Shown here piece after piece: positions 17,811 through 28,476 of a stretch of 64,000 nt of DNA. The translations under genes and the position numbers were made by a program. Origin of the DNA: an uncultured Actinomycetota bacterium (GTDB lineage Bacteria; Actinomycetota; Actinomycetes; Propionibacteriales; Nocardioidaceae); assembly GCA_963794435.1 (NCBI GenBank), contig CAWCDX010000007.1, forward strand, positions 86,447-150,446, in the 5' to 3' direction. How positions within the stretch are numbered: position 1 is the first letter of the stretch; the number at the start of each line of letters is the position of its first letter. Below the pieces are notes generated by a model, which was not told the origin of the DNA, searched no databases, and was given only the letters and a program-made list of their open reading frames with translations.

Positions 17811-18727
17811 GCTGCGCCGGCGCTCTCCGGCTGCGGCAGCAGGTTGCGCGGACCCGGCTGCGGCGAGCGGAGCCCGCGGTTCCACAGCTCGAAGGTCTGC
17901 ACGATCCAGAAGAACAGGAACAGCCCGAGCTCGACCGCCTCGGCGAACAGCACCGAGTAGTCCCAGCCCGCCCGGTACAGGATCCACGCTGCGAGGAGTC
18001 CGAGGATCATCCCCGCGAAGATCGCGGTGTAGAGGTTGAGCCACGCCGGCAGGTTCGCCGGGTGCCGGGCGCCGGGGTTGCGCGTCTTGCCGATCGCGTT
18101 GACGAGGACCACCACGATGATGAAGCCGAACAGCGTGAACGCCGCCCGCAGGTGGGCCTGGCACTGGAACGCCTCGTTGTCCACGAGGTACCAGATCACC
18201 GCGTAGCCGAAGATGGCCGCGATGGCCACGAACCCGAGGCGACGACCGAGCTTCGCGGCCGGGGTCAGCTCCGGGAAGACCACCTTCTCGGGCACGAACC
18301 GGCTCAGCCCCAGCAGGAGCAACGCCACCGCACCGGCGATGAACAGTGCCTGGATGTTGTTGCCGATGCCGGCGACCGTCTCGGGCCTCGGCGGGGTGAG
18401 ACCACCGCCCGGCAGTGCGTTGCAGGTGCCCGCCTCCGGTGTCGGGACGAAGGCCACCACGGGAGCGAGGATGCCGGCGATGTTCAGGGCGACGTCCTCG
18501 AGCTCGCTGTCCGGCTTCAGCACCACCATGCCCGCCCCGAGGGCGACCAGAGAGCCGACGAAGACGTTGCGCACCGGCGTCCAGTAGTAGTCGGAGATCG
18601 ACGGCTGCCAGGAGTGGTCGGCGATGGTCTGCAGGACGACTCCCGCGAACAGCATCACCAGGACGGCGACCAACGACATCCGCAGGTAGCGGTAGGTGAT
18701 CAGTGGTTGCGGGTCGAGCCGGTCCAC
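17807..18727 (-). CDS. Conserved multi-pass membrane protein (DUF998-like)
   Basis: 'TYRYLR..SISDYY.T..RNVFVG.L' motif, 7-8 TM helices. Confidence 0.7.
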   Translation of the reverse strand: MDRLDPQPLITYRYLRMSLVAVLVMLFAGVVLQTIADHSWQPSISDYYWTPVRNVFVGSLVALGAGMVVLKPDSELEDVALNIAGILAPVVAFVPTPEAGTCNALPGGGLTPPRPETVAGIGNNIQALFIAGAVALLLLGLSRFVPEKVVFPELTPAAKLGRRLGFVAIAAIFGYAVIWYLVDNEAFQCQAHLRAAFTLFGFIIVVVLVNAIGKTRNPGARHPANLPAWLNLYTAIFAGMILGLLAAWILYRAGWDYSVLFAEAVELGLFLFFWIVQTFELWNRGLRSPQPGPRNLLPQPESAGAA

Positions 18728-18739
18728 CCGACCACTGTG

Positions 18740-19420
18740 TCAGACCGAGGTGATGGTCGCGTTGACGCGCGCCGCCTCCTGCGAGGCGAGGAAGAGGTAC
18801 GCGTGGGCGAGCTCGGCCACCGTGGGCCACGCGTCGTGGTTGGAGTCGGGCATGGCGCTGCGGTTCGCCGGGGTGTCGATGATCGTGGGGGAGACCGCGT
18901 TCACCGTCACCCCGCTGCCGGCGACCTCGGCACCCGCCATCTCCACCAGGTGCACGACGCCCAGCTTGCTGACCGAGTAGGAGAACGCCACCTTGGTCGT
19001 CTGGAAGGCGGCCCTGCTGGCCGTCAGCACGATCCGCCCCTGGCCCTCTGCCTGCAGCAGGCGCAGCGCGTGCTTGACCACCACGGCCGAGGTGGTCAGG
19101 TTGAGGGTCAGCTGACGGTGCAGGTCCTCGACGTCGAGCTCGGCAAGCGGGGCCGCCGGCGCGAACCCGCCGACGGTGTGCACCACCGCCCAGGGCAGGG
19201 GAGCCTCGTCGAACGCCGCTCCCACGGCTGCGTCGTCGGCCAGGTCGACGGCGACGTACCGCACCCCGTCGAGCGCGCGGTCGCCCTCGGGCCTGACCCG
19301 GTCGAGTCCGGTGACCGAGGCTCCCGCGTCGGCGAAGGCCTGGCACAGGCCACCCCCGAGGGCGCCGGCCGCTCCCGTGACGATGACGTGCTTCCCGTCG
19401 AAACTCGGCATACGCACCAT
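18740..19420 (-). CDS. SDR family oxidoreductase
   Basis: TGAAGALG, YSVSK catalytic motif, NAVSP. Confidence 0.9.
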   Translation of the reverse strand: MVRMPSFDGKHVIVTGAAGALGGGLCQAFADAGASVTGLDRVRPEGDRALDGVRYVAVDLADDAAVGAAFDEAPLPWAVVHTVGGFAPAAPLAELDVEDLHRQLTLNLTTSAVVVKHALRLLQAEGQGRIVLTASRAAFQTTKVAFSYSVSKLGVVHLVEMAGAEVAGSGVTVNAVSPTIIDTPANRSAMPDSNHDAWPTVAELAHAYLFLASQEAARVNATITSV

Positions 19421-19436
19421 TGTGCCGGTCGAGCAG

Positions 19437-20234
19437 CTATCTCGGGTCTCCCAGGACCTGGCCCACCTGGTCCGCGAGCAGGATGGCGACCTTGCGTTGC
19501 TCGCGTGTCGGGCGTGCGACGTGCGAGGCGGACGTGAGCAGGAAGTGCCCCACGGTGGTGCCCGAGCGCGTGACCATCAGAGCTATGTCGTCGTCGGTGG
19601 GCAGACCGTCCCTGTCGGCGTCGATGTCCCTTCCGAGACGGGTCACCTCCCCGTGGTGACCGAGGACAGGGATTCTCTCGTCGTGGACGGGACCCAGGAC
19701 GAACCGGCACCGGCTGACGGCGAGCACCTGCCTGATCTGCTCGGCCACGTGGGCAGTGAGGGCATCGGGCGACTCGGTGCTCAAGGTGACGATCTCGGCG
19801 GTGCCGAGGACTCCGTCCAGATATCCGGCCCGGCGGTTGGCGCGCGCCTGCTGGCGGTATCCCCAGAGGGCGACCTCGCTCACAGCTGCCCCCACGACGA
19901 CGAGGAGCACCGCTGCTTCGACCTCGTCAGGATCCTTGATCGCCAGCTGGCCGTAGGGCTGGGTCAGGAAGAAGTCGAACCAGACTCCTGCGGAGACCGC
20001 GGCGACGATGCCGGCAGCACGGAGACCAGTGCTCGCCATGGCGATGACCACCAGCACCAGGACCAGCACGTTGGTAGCCACCGGCAGGTCGTCGCGGAAT
20101 GCCGAGAGCACGGCAGCGGTCACGAGGGGGGCGATCGCCGCCCCGACGATGACCGCTGTCTTGTGTTGCGCGATGACTCGCGGGACGTCCAGTCGAGCGT
20201 TGGACCACCGCACCTGTTCGTCGGTCGAGGCCAT
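19437..20234 (-). CDS. DUF4118 (KdpD-type 4-TM) plus GAF-like protein without a kinase domain
   Basis: 'WFDFFLTQPYGQLAI' resembles the KdpD TM block; short GAF-like tail ending 'LADQVG'. Confidence 0.8.
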   Translation of the reverse strand: MASTDEQVRWSNARLDVPRVIAQHKTAVIVGAAIAPLVTAAVLSAFRDDLPVATNVLVLVLVVIAMASTGLRAAGIVAAVSAGVWFDFFLTQPYGQLAIKDPDEVEAAVLLVVVGAAVSEVALWGYRQQARANRRAGYLDGVLGTAEIVTLSTESPDALTAHVAEQIRQVLAVSRCRFVLGPVHDERIPVLGHHGEVTRLGRDIDADRDGLPTDDDIALMVTRSGTTVGHFLLTSASHVARPTREQRKVAILLADQVGQVLGDPR

Positions 20235-20283
20235 GCACCCATGGTCGGGCGAACCTGCACCGGGGACGAGAAGGAAGACGCTT

Positions 20284-20377
20284 CTCTAACAACCTCTTAA
20301 CGCCCCTGGGCCCTCGTGGTCCGCCGGTGTTAGTGCTGCGCCAATTTCCGCCGGTCTGCCGTTAGGGACCTGTTAAC
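20284..20377. promoter_or_regulatory. Candidate KdpE (OmpR-family) direct-repeat sites
   Basis: TAAC at 20287 and 20298 (11-nt period); GTTA at 20361 and 20372 (11-nt period, opposite orientation). Confidence 0.45.
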
Positions 20378-20453
20378 AACGGGGTTTCGGCTCCTGAGCG
20401 CGCACAGACTCCAGATGTGGCCGGCACCTGGCCACCTGATGACTGGAGCACAC

Positions 20454-20537
20454 ATGCACGACCTCGTCTTCGTGATCCTCACCATCGCGTTCTTTGCCAT
20501 CTCGGCGCTGGTCGTGAAGGGAGTGGAGCGGTTGTGA
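20454..20537 (+). CDS. 27-aa hydrophobic peptide upstream of kdpF
   Basis: [27 protein letters not shown]; RBS GGAG; GTGA overlap with the kdpF start. Confidence 0.75.
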   Translation: MHDLVFVILTIAFFAISALVVKGVERL

Positions 20538-20623
20538 GCGCGCAGAACGCCATCGGCCTGATCGTCGCCATCCTCTTCCTCGGCTACCTCGGGGTAGCCC
20601 TCCTGTTCCCGGAGCGTTTCTGA
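20534..20623 (+). CDS. kdpF: K+-transporting ATPase subunit F
   Basis: 29 aa ending '[12 protein letters not shown]'. Confidence 0.9.
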   Translation: MSAQNAIGLIVAILFLGYLGVALLFPERF

Positions 20624-20624
20624 G

Positions 20625-22283
20625 ATGTCCGACTCCACTGCCGGCCTGTTGCAGGTCGGCCTGCTGCTCCTGGCGCTGGCGGCGTGCTACCGCCCGCTCG
20701 GCGCCTACATGGCCCGGGTCTACGAGAGCGACCACGACTCCCGCGCGGAGCGTGTGCTCTACCGGGTCATGGGCGTCGACCCGAAGGCGGACCAGCGCTG
20801 GCCGGTCTATGCGCGCTCGCTCCTGGCCTTCTCCGCCGTCAGCGTCCTGGGCCTCTACGCCCTCCAGCGCCTCCAGTCCCACCTGCCGCTGAACCTGGGG
20901 TTTCCCGGCGTCGCGCCCGGTCAGGCCTTCAACACTGCGGCGTCGTTCGTGACCAATACCAACTGGCAGTCCTACTCCGGCGAGTCGACCATGGGCCACC
21001 TGGTGCAGATGTCCGGCCTCGCCGTGCAGAACTTCGCCTCAGCCGCCGTCGGCATGGCGGTGGCGGTCGCGTTGATCCGGGGCTTCATGCGTTCGCGGAC
21101 CGACCGCATCGGGAACTTCTGGGTCGACCTGGTCCGGGGTTGCTTCCGCATCCTGCTGCCGTTCGCCGTCCTCAGCACGCTGCTGCTGCTGAGCATGGGA
21201 GCCGTGCAGAACTTCTCCTCAGGCACCAAGGTGACGACGCTCGACGGCCAGACCCAGGTGATCACCGGCGGCCCGGTCGCCTCGCAGGAGGCGATCAAGG
21301 AGCTCGGCACCAACGGCGGGGGCTTCTACAACGCCAACTCCTCGCACCCGTTCGAGAACCCGAACGCGCTCAGCAACTGGTTGGAGATCTTCCTGCTCCT
21401 GCTGATCCCCGTCGCGTTGACCTACACCTTCGGGCGCATGGTGAAGGACCGCCGCCAGGGATATGCCGTCCTCGGGGTGATGAGTGTCCTGTGGGGCCTG
21501 ATCCTGGCGGGTGTCACGATCGCGGAGCGGATGCATCGCGGTACGGCGCTGCAGCTGGCCGGAGCCGCGATGGAAGGCAAGGAGACCAGGTTCGGCGAGT
21601 GGGCGTCCGCGCTCTTCGCGACCTCGACCACGGGCACCTCCACCGGTGCCGTCGACTCCTTCCACGACTCGTTCACCGCCCTCGGCGGTGGGCTGCTCAT
21701 CTTCAACATGGGTCTGGGCGAGGTGGCACCCGGAGGCACCGGATCGGGGCTGTACGGAATCCTGGTCCTGGCCATCGTCACGGTGTTCATCGCCGGCCTG
21801 ATGGTCGGGCGTACCCCGGAGTACCTCCGCAAGAAGATCACCGCACGCGAGATCAAGCTTGTCTCCATCTACATCCTCACGATGCCGCTCCTGGTCCTCG
21901 CGGGGACCGGGCTGGCGATGTCGCTGAGCAAGCCCAAGGAGTCCATCCTCAACCCAGGACCGCACGGGCTCTCGGAGGTTCTCTACGCATTCATGTCGGC
22001 GGCGAACAACAACGGCTCCGCGTTCGCCGGCATCTCGGTGAACACGGGCTTCTACAACACCTCGCTGGGGCTCGTCATGCTGGCCGGGCGGCTGTTGCCG
22101 ATCATCTTCGTGCTCGCACTGGCCGGGTCGCTGGCCAGGCAGCAGCCGGTCCCGGCCACGGCCGGCACGCTGCCCACGCATGGCGCCCTGTTCGTCGCGA
22201 TGCTCACCGGCGTCGTCGTGATCGTCGCCGGACTGACCTTCTTCCCCGCTCTCGCCCTCGGGCCGCTGGCGGAGGGCCTGTGA
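20625..22283 (+). CDS. kdpA: K+-transporting ATPase subunit A
   Basis: [24 protein letters not shown]. Confidence 0.97.
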   Translation: MSDSTAGLLQVGLLLLALAACYRPLGAYMARVYESDHDSRAERVLYRVMGVDPKADQRWPVYARSLLAFSAVSVLGLYALQRLQSHLPLNLGFPGVAPGQAFNTAASFVTNTNWQSYSGESTMGHLVQMSGLAVQNFASAAVGMAVAVALIRGFMRSRTDRIGNFWVDLVRGCFRILLPFAVLSTLLLLSMGAVQNFSSGTKVTTLDGQTQVITGGPVASQEAIKELGTNGGGFYNANSSHPFENPNALSNWLEIFLLLLIPVALTYTFGRMVKDRRQGYAVLGVMSVLWGLILAGVTIAERMHRGTALQLAGAAMEGKETRFGEWASALFATSTTGTSTGAVDSFHDSFTALGGGLLIFNMGLGEVAPGGTGSGLYGILVLAIVTVFIAGLMVGRTPEYLRKKITAREIKLVSIYILTMPLLVLAGTGLAMSLSKPKESILNPGPHGLSEVLYAFMSAANNNGSAFAGISVNTGFYNTSLGLVMLAGRLLPIIFVLALAGSLARQQPVPATAGTLPTHGALFVAMLTGVVVIVAGLTFFPALALGPLAEGL

Positions 22284-24415
22284 TGTCGACGACCGCACCC
22301 ACCGCGGGCCCTGGCGGCTCGAGCCCCCACCCGACGTCCGAAGGACCTGATCGCATGTCCACTCCCACCGGCGGCTCCCGGGTACGGGCCGGGTCGATCG
22401 ACCCCAGGATGTTGCTCACCTCGCTGCCCGACGCTATCCGCAAGCTCGACCCGCGGGTCATGGCCCACAACCCGGTGATGTTCCTCGTCGAGGCGGGTGC
22501 GGTGCTCTCCACCGGGCTCGCCGTCACCGACCCGAGCCTGTTCGCTTGGTCGATCGTCGTCTGGCTGTGGCTGACAGTCGTCTTCGCCAACCTGAGCGAG
22601 GCGGTGGCCGAGGGACGGGGCAAGGCGCAGGCCGCGACTCTGCGGCGTGCCAAGACCGAGACCGTGGCACGCCGGCTTCGTGACGACGGCACCGAGGAGA
22701 GCGTGCCCGGACCTGAGCTCGCGGTGGGGGACCGCGTCGTGGTCGAGGCCGGTGAGGTGATCCCGGGCGACGGTGACGTCGTCGAGGGGGTCGCCAGCGT
22801 CGACGAGTCCGCGATCACGGGCGAGTCGGCCCCGGTCATCCGCGAGTCGGGCGGCGACCGCAGCTCGGTCACCGGCGGCACGAAGGTGCTCTCGGACCGG
22901 GTCGTCGTACAGATCACCGCCAAGCCGGGGGAGAGCTTCATCGACCGGATGATCGCGCTGGTGGAGGGCGCGTCGCGGCAGAAGACCCCGAACGAGATCG
23001 CCCTCAACATCCTGCTCGCCAGTCTGACGATCGTCTTCCTGATGGCGACCATCACCTTGCAGCCGTTCGCGATCTACTCCGGGGCCGAGCAGTCCCTCGT
23101 GGTGCTGGTCGCGCTGCTCGTGTGCCTCATCCCGACCACCATCGGCGCACTGCTCTCCGCAATCGGCATCGCGGGCATGGACCGTCTGGTGCAGCACAAC
23201 GTGCTCGCCATGTCCGGTCGCGCCGTCGAGGCCGCCGGTGACGTGAACACGCTTCTCCTCGACAAGACCGGCACCATCACCCTCGGCAACCGTCAGGCCG
23301 CCGAGTTCCTCCCCGTCAACGGGGTCGACCCTGATGCGCTCGCCGATGCTGCTCAGCTCTCCAGCCTCGCCGACGAGACGCCGGAAGGGCGCTCGATCGT
23401 CGTGCTCGCCAAGACGGCCCACGGCCTCCGTGAGCGTGCACCGGGCGAGCTCAGCACCGCCCACTTCGTCGAGTTCACGGCACAGACCCGGATGAGTGGC
23501 GTCGACCTCGACGACGGTAGCCAGATCCGCAAGGGCGCTGCCGCGGCGGTGATGAAGTGGGTCCGCGACAACGGCGGTCACCCCACCGAGGAGGTCGGCG
23601 AGATCGTGGACGGGATCTCGACCGCCGGTGGAACCCCGCTGGTCGTGGCCGAGTGCCCGCAGGGTGGAACGGCCCGCACCCTCGGGGTGATCAACCTCAA
23701 GGACGTCGTCAAGGACGGGATGCGCGAGCGCTTCGACGAGATGCGGCGGATGGGCATCCGCACCGTGATGATCACCGGCGACAACCCGCTGACCGCCAGA
23801 GCCATCGCCGAGGAGGCGGGGGTGGACGACTTCCTGGCCGAGGCGACGCCCGAGGACAAGATGGCCCTGATCAAGCGGGAGCAGGAGGGCGGCCGCCTGG
23901 TGGCGATGACCGGTGACGGCACCAACGATGCGCCGGCACTGGCCCAGGCCGACGTCGGGGTGGCGATGAACACCGGCACCTCGGCGGCCAAAGAGGCCGG
24001 GAACATGGTCGACCTCGACTCCAACCCGACGAAGCTCATCGAGATCGTGGAGATCGGCAAGCAGCTGCTCATCACGCGCGGCTCGCTGACCACCTTCTCG
24101 ATCGCCAACGACGTCGCGAAGTACTTCGCGATCATCCCGGCCATGTTCGCCGGCGTGTACGCGGGACTGGACAACCTGAACATCATGCGGTTGGCATCGC
24201 CGGAGTCGGCCATCCTGTCCGCGGTGATCTTCAACGCCCTGATCATCGTCGGGCTGATCCCGCTGGCGCTGCGGGGCGTCCGCTACACGCCCTCCTCGGC
24301 GGCGTCCATGTTGCGCCGCAACCTCGGCATCTACGGCCTCGGCGGCATCATCAGCCCGTTCATCGGGATCAAGCTCATCGATCTGCTCGTCTCGCAGATC
24401 CCCGGACTCAGCTGA
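22283..24415 (+). CDS. kdpB: K+-transporting ATPase subunit B
   Basis: [29 protein letters not shown]. Confidence 0.97.
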   Translation: MSTTAPTAGPGGSSPHPTSEGPDRMSTPTGGSRVRAGSIDPRMLLTSLPDAIRKLDPRVMAHNPVMFLVEAGAVLSTGLAVTDPSLFAWSIVVWLWLTVVFANLSEAVAEGRGKAQAATLRRAKTETVARRLRDDGTEESVPGPELAVGDRVVVEAGEVIPGDGDVVEGVASVDESAITGESAPVIRESGGDRSSVTGGTKVLSDRVVVQITAKPGESFIDRMIALVEGASRQKTPNEIALNILLASLTIVFLMATITLQPFAIYSGAEQSLVVLVALLVCLIPTTIGALLSAIGIAGMDRLVQHNVLAMSGRAVEAAGDVNTLLLDKTGTITLGNRQAAEFLPVNGVDPDALADAAQLSSLADETPEGRSIVVLAKTAHGLRERAPGELSTAHFVEFTAQTRMSGVDLDDGSQIRKGAAAAVMKWVRDNGGHPTEEVGEIVDGISTAGGTPLVVAECPQGGTARTLGVINLKDVVKDGMRERFDEMRRMGIRTVMITGDNPLTARAIAEEAGVDDFLAEATPEDKMALIKREQEGGRLVAMTGDGTNDAPALAQADVGVAMNTGTSAAKEAGNMVDLDSNPTKLIEIVEIGKQLLITRGSLTTFSIANDVAKYFAIIPAMFAGVYAGLDNLNIMRLASPESAILSAVIFNALIIVGLIPLALRGVRYTPSSAASMLRRNLGIYGLGGIISPFIGIKLIDLLVSQIPGLS

Positions 24416-24431
24416 AGGAGGCAGACGCACC

Positions 24432-25091
24432 ATGGCAACCAACACACCTGCGAGCGTCCGCCAGTACGTCGCTGCCATCAGGACGTTTCTCGTGCTGACG
24501 GTGATCGTCGGCCTGGCCTACCCACTGGTCATGACCGGGATCGCGCAGGTCGGCTTCGGCGGCAACGCCAACGGGTCCCTCGTGCACACCGGCGGCAAGA
24601 CCGTCGGGTCGGAGCTGATCGGGCAGGCGTTCACCCGCCCGGTCGAGGTGAACGGCAAGGCCAAGCTCGACTCGGACGGCAACCCGGTCGTGGAGGCCGA
24701 CCCGACGTACTTCCAGAGTCGGCCCTCGGCCGCAGGCACCGGCTACGACCCACTGTCGACCTCGGCGTCGAACCTCGGTCCCGAGAACAAGGAACTCGTC
24801 GACGCCGTGAAGCAGCGGCGCGCCACAGCTGCGCGGCTCGACGGCGTCCGGCCCGCCGACGTCCCCGCAGATGCCCTGCAGGCGAGCGGCTCCGGCCTCG
24901 ACCCGCACATCAGCCCGGCGTACGCCCGTGAGCAGATCCCCAGGATTGCCCGCGAACGTGGTCTGAGTCAGGCCAGGGTGCGAGCCTTGGTGTCTGGACA
25001 CACTCAAGGACGCATACTCGGCTTCCTGGGAGAGCCGAGGGTCAACGTCCTCGAGCTCAACCTGGCGCTCGACCGCGCGTCCCGGGGTTGA
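24432..25091 (+). CDS. kdpC: K+-transporting ATPase subunit C
   Basis: YFQSRPSA, ASGSGLDPHISP, GEPRVNVLELNLALD. Confidence 0.97.
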   Translation: MATNTPASVRQYVAAIRTFLVLTVIVGLAYPLVMTGIAQVGFGGNANGSLVHTGGKTVGSELIGQAFTRPVEVNGKAKLDSDGNPVVEADPTYFQSRPSAAGTGYDPLSTSASNLGPENKELVDAVKQRRATAARLDGVRPADVPADALQASGSGLDPHISPAYAREQIPRIARERGLSQARVRALVSGHTQGRILGFLGEPRVNVLELNLALDRASRG

Positions 25092-25125
25092 GATCCGTCA
25101 GACCGTGGGACCGGCGGGAGGCACC

Positions 25126-27753
25126 ATGAAGCGAGGCAGATTGCGCATCTACCTCGGCGCGGCTCCCGGAGTGGGCAAGACCTACGCCATGCTCGGCGAG
25201 GGGCATCGGCGCGCCGAGCGGGGCACCGACGTCGTGGTCGGTTTCGTCGAGACCCACGACCGTCAGCACACCGCCGAGATGCTGCAGGGGCTGGAAGTCG
25301 TGCCGCGGCGCGAGATGACGCACCGGGGCGCCGCCTTCACCGAGATGGACGTCGACGCCGTGCTGGCGCGCCACCCCGCGGTGGCGCTGGTCGACGAGCT
25401 CGCTCACACCAACGTGCCCGGTTCTCGCAACGAGAAGCGCTGGCAGGACGTCGAGGAGCTGCTTGCGGCGGGGATCGACGTCATCTCCACGGTCAACATC
25501 CAGCACCTCGAGTCGGTCAACGACGTCGTGGAGAAGATCACCGGCGTACCGCAACGTGAACGAGTGCCTGACGCCGTGGTCAGGGCAGCCGACCAGGTCG
25601 ACCTGGTCGACATGGCCCCGGAGGCCCTGAGACGGCGGATGGCGCACGGCAACGTCTACCCGGCGGCCAAGGTCGACGCGGCCCTGGGCAACTACTTCCG
25701 GGTGGGCAATCTCACCGCCCTGCGCGAGCTGGCGCTGCTCTGGACCGCCGACAAGGTCGACGACGCGTTGCAGGCCTACCGGGCCCAGCACGACATCGCC
25801 GGAACCTGGGAGACCAGGGAACGGGTGGTCGTCGCTGTCACCGGCGGCGTGGAGGGGGAGACCCTGATCAGGCGGGCTGCTCGCATCGCCGCTCGCTCCT
25901 CCGGCGGAGACCTGCTGGCCGTCCACGTCACCAGCTCCGACGGGCTCACCGGCGCCAGTCCCGCCGACCTGGTCAGGCAGCGGCAGCTGGTGGAGACCCT
26001 CGGCGGCACCTACCACCAGATCATCGGCGACGACGTGGCGAACGCCCTGCTGGAGTTCGCCCGGGCGGAGAACGCCACCCAGCTCGTGCTCGGGGCCAGC
26101 AGACGGTCGAGGCTCGCGACCGTGCTGGGTGGACAGGGCATCGGGAGCGCGACCATCCGGGAGTCCGGTGACATCGACGTGCACCTGGTGACCCACGCCC
26201 AGATCGGCAAGGGTCGAGGGCTGCCGCGGGGTCACGGCAGCCTCACCCTGCGGCGCAGGCTCGAGGGCACCGCGCTCGCCCTGCTGCTTCCGCCCATCCT
26301 GACTGTGGTGCTGACCAACGCACGGGGTCCCCTCAACCTCGTCAGCGACGTGCTGCTGTTCCTGCTGGTCGTCGTGGTGGTGGCCCTCGTCGGTGGGCTC
26401 GTGCCGGCGATGGTGGCAGCCATCGGCGGGTCGTTGCTCCTCAACTACTACTTCGCCCCGCCCCTGCACACCCTCACCATCCGTGAGCCCAACAACGCCC
26501 TCGCCATCGGCGTCTTCATCGTGGTAGCAGCACTCGTCAGCTCTGTCGTCGACCTGGCCGCGCGGCGCACTCGGCAGGCGGCGCGCGCGAAGGCCGAAGC
26601 CGAGACGCTCGGCACGTTGGCGGGCAGCATCCTGCGTGGCGAGACGGCGTTGCCGGCGATGCTCGAGCGGCTCCGCGAGGCACTGGGACTCACGTCGGTC
26701 ACCCTGTTGGAGCGGACCTCGCCAGACGCTGCCGACGGCGGACCCGTCGTGCGCAGTCCGGCCGACGAGTGGACGGTGGTGGCTGTCGCCGGGCCGGACG
26801 GGTGCACCCGCCCCGAGGACGCCGACACCGAGGTGGCCGCCGGAGACACGCTCATGCTCGCGCTGCGCGGACATCCCCTGCTCGCCGAGGACCAGCGCGT
26901 CGCCGGTGCCTTCGCTGCTCAGGCCGCCGTCATCCTCGAGCGGCACCGCCTCAGCGAGGCCGCCGCCGCCGCGATCCCGATCGCGGAGGGGGACCGGATG
27001 AGGACGGCACTGCTGGCCGCGGTCGGCCACGACCTGCGCACCCCCCTGTCGGCGGCCAAGGCCGCGGTCACGAGCCTGCGCAGCAAGGAGATCGAGTGGT
27101 CGGCGCAGGACCATGCCGAGCTGCTGCTGGCTGCCGACGAGTCTCTGGACCGGCTGACCCGGTTGGTGGAGAACCTGCTGGACATGAGTCGGCTCCAGGC
27201 CGGGGCGCTGTCGGTCGTCAGCCGCCGGGTAGCCCTGGACGAGGTGGTGCCCCTCGCGCTCGACGACCTGGGCCCCGACGGCGCGAGCGTCCTCGTTGAC
27301 GTCCCCGACACCTTGCCGATGCTGATGGCAGATCCCGGCCTGCTCGAGCGGGTCGTGGCGAACCTGGTCGGCAACGCGGTCCGCTACAGCCCACCGGACA
27401 GTCCGCCGCAAGTGACCGGCAGCAGTCTCGGCGAGCGTGTCGAGCTGCGGGTGATCGACCGGGGACCTGGCATCCCACCCGCCGACCTGGACCGGGTCTT
27501 CGCGCCGTTCCAGCGGCTCGGGGACACCGACAACACGACGGGGGTGGGTCTCGGGCTCGCGCTGTCGCGAGGGCTGACCGACGCCATGGGGGGCACCCTC
27601 GCCGCCGAGGAGACGCCCGGCGGAGGGCTCACGATGGTGGTGTCGATGCCGGCTGCGCCCGCGCAACCCGGGTTGGGGGACGGTAGCCAACCGGGGCTCA
27701 GGGAGCGTGCGAGCGGCGACGACACGGCCGACCTCACCTGGGGGGCGTCATGA
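25126..27753 (+). CDS. kdpD: Sensor histidine kinase KdpD
   Basis: GAAPGVGKT, Usp domain, 4 TM, HDLRTPL, DRGPGI, GVGLGL. Confidence 0.96.
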   Translation: MKRGRLRIYLGAAPGVGKTYAMLGEGHRRAERGTDVVVGFVETHDRQHTAEMLQGLEVVPRREMTHRGAAFTEMDVDAVLARHPAVALVDELAHTNVPGSRNEKRWQDVEELLAAGIDVISTVNIQHLESVNDVVEKITGVPQRERVPDAVVRAADQVDLVDMAPEALRRRMAHGNVYPAAKVDAALGNYFRVGNLTALRELALLWTADKVDDALQAYRAQHDIAGTWETRERVVVAVTGGVEGETLIRRAARIAARSSGGDLLAVHVTSSDGLTGASPADLVRQRQLVETLGGTYHQIIGDDVANALLEFARAENATQLVLGASRRSRLATVLGGQGIGSATIRESGDIDVHLVTHAQIGKGRGLPRGHGSLTLRRRLEGTALALLLPPILTVVLTNARGPLNLVSDVLLFLLVVVVVALVGGLVPAMVAAIGGSLLLNYYFAPPLHTLTIREPNNALAIGVFIVVAALVSSVVDLAARRTRQAARAKAEAETLGTLAGSILRGETALPAMLERLREALGLTSVTLLERTSPDAADGGPVVRSPADEWTVVAVAGPDGCTRPEDADTEVAAGDTLMLALRGHPLLAEDQRVAGAFAAQAAVILERHRLSEAAAAAIPIAEGDRMRTALLAAVGHDLRTPLSAAKAAVTSLRSKEIEWSAQDHAELLLAADESLDRLTRLVENLLDMSRLQAGALSVVSRRVALDEVVPLALDDLGPDGASVLVDVPDTLPMLMADPGLLERVVANLVGNAVRYSPPDSPPQVTGSSLGERVELRVIDRGPGIPPADLDRVFAPFQRLGDTDNTTGVGLGLALSRGLTDAMGGTLAAEETPGGGLTMVVSMPAAPAQPGLGDGSQPGLRERASGDDTADLTWGAS

Positions 27754-28433
27754 ACCGGGTGCTCGTCGTCGACGACGAGCCGCAGATCTTGCGCGCGCTC
27801 GCGATCAACCTGCGAGCACGCCACTACGAGGTGTTCACGGCATCCAACGGCACCCTGGCCCTGGCGACGGCGGCCTCCCACCCGCCCGACCTGGTGATCC
27901 TCGACCTCGGACTGCCTGACATGGACGGTGTCGACGTCATCCGTGGGCTGCGTGGTTGGACGTCGGTCCCGATCGTCATCCTCTCCGGACGCACCGACAG
28001 TGCCGACAAGGTCGACGCTCTGGACGCAGGCGCCGACGACTACCTCACCAAGCCGTTCGGCGTGGATGAGCTGATGGCTCGGATGCGCGCGTTGGCCCGA
28101 CGCGCCACCCCCGATGACGCACCACCCGTCGTGACCTTCGGCAGGACCACGGTGGACCTGGCAGCCCACCGCGTCGTGATGGACGGCGACGAGCCGGTCG
28201 ATGTCCGCCTGACACCTACCGAGTGGCACCTGCTCGAGGTGCTGCTCCGGCACCCAGGCAAGCTGATGAGTCAGGCGCAGCTGCTCAGTGAGGTGTGGGG
28301 GCCCGGGTACGACACTGCCGGCGGCAACCTGCGCGTGTACATGGCGAAGCTGCGTCAGAAGCTCGAAGCCGATCCCGCGAGGCCGCGCCACCTGCTCACC
28401 GAGCCCGGGATGGGCTACCGGTTCGAGCCGTAG
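27750..28433 (+). CDS. kdpE: Response regulator KdpE
   Basis: Receiver (DD, DLGLPD, KPF) plus winged helix 'LLTEPGMGYRF'. Confidence 0.96.
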   Translation: MNRVLVVDDEPQILRALAINLRARHYEVFTASNGTLALATAASHPPDLVILDLGLPDMDGVDVIRGLRGWTSVPIVILSGRTDSADKVDALDAGADDYLTKPFGVDELMARMRALARRATPDDAPPVVTFGRTTVDLAAHRVVMDGDEPVDVRLTPTEWHLLEVLLRHPGKLMSQAQLLSEVWGPGYDTAGGNLRVYMAKLRQKLEADPARPRHLLTEPGMGYRFEP

Positions 28434-28476
28434 TCCGGTCCCACGTCGAAACCCCGCCCTGCGGCACACTGTGGCG

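Noticed and set aside
14229-19346. 1705-aa minus-strand ORF and other long ORFs (1384-4071, 22052-24478, 25057-27690, 30830-32851)
   Set aside because: Antisense or off-frame shadows of well-supported genes, expected in high-GC DNA; no motifs
20235-20453. c-di-AMP (ydaO) riboswitch upstream of kdp
   Set aside because: No recognisable conserved ydaO segments; an Rfam scan would settle it
20684-24415. 1243-aa ORF as a giant KdpB fusion
   Set aside because: The first ~530 codons are an off-frame overlap of kdpA; the real kdpB starts at 22283 or slightly later
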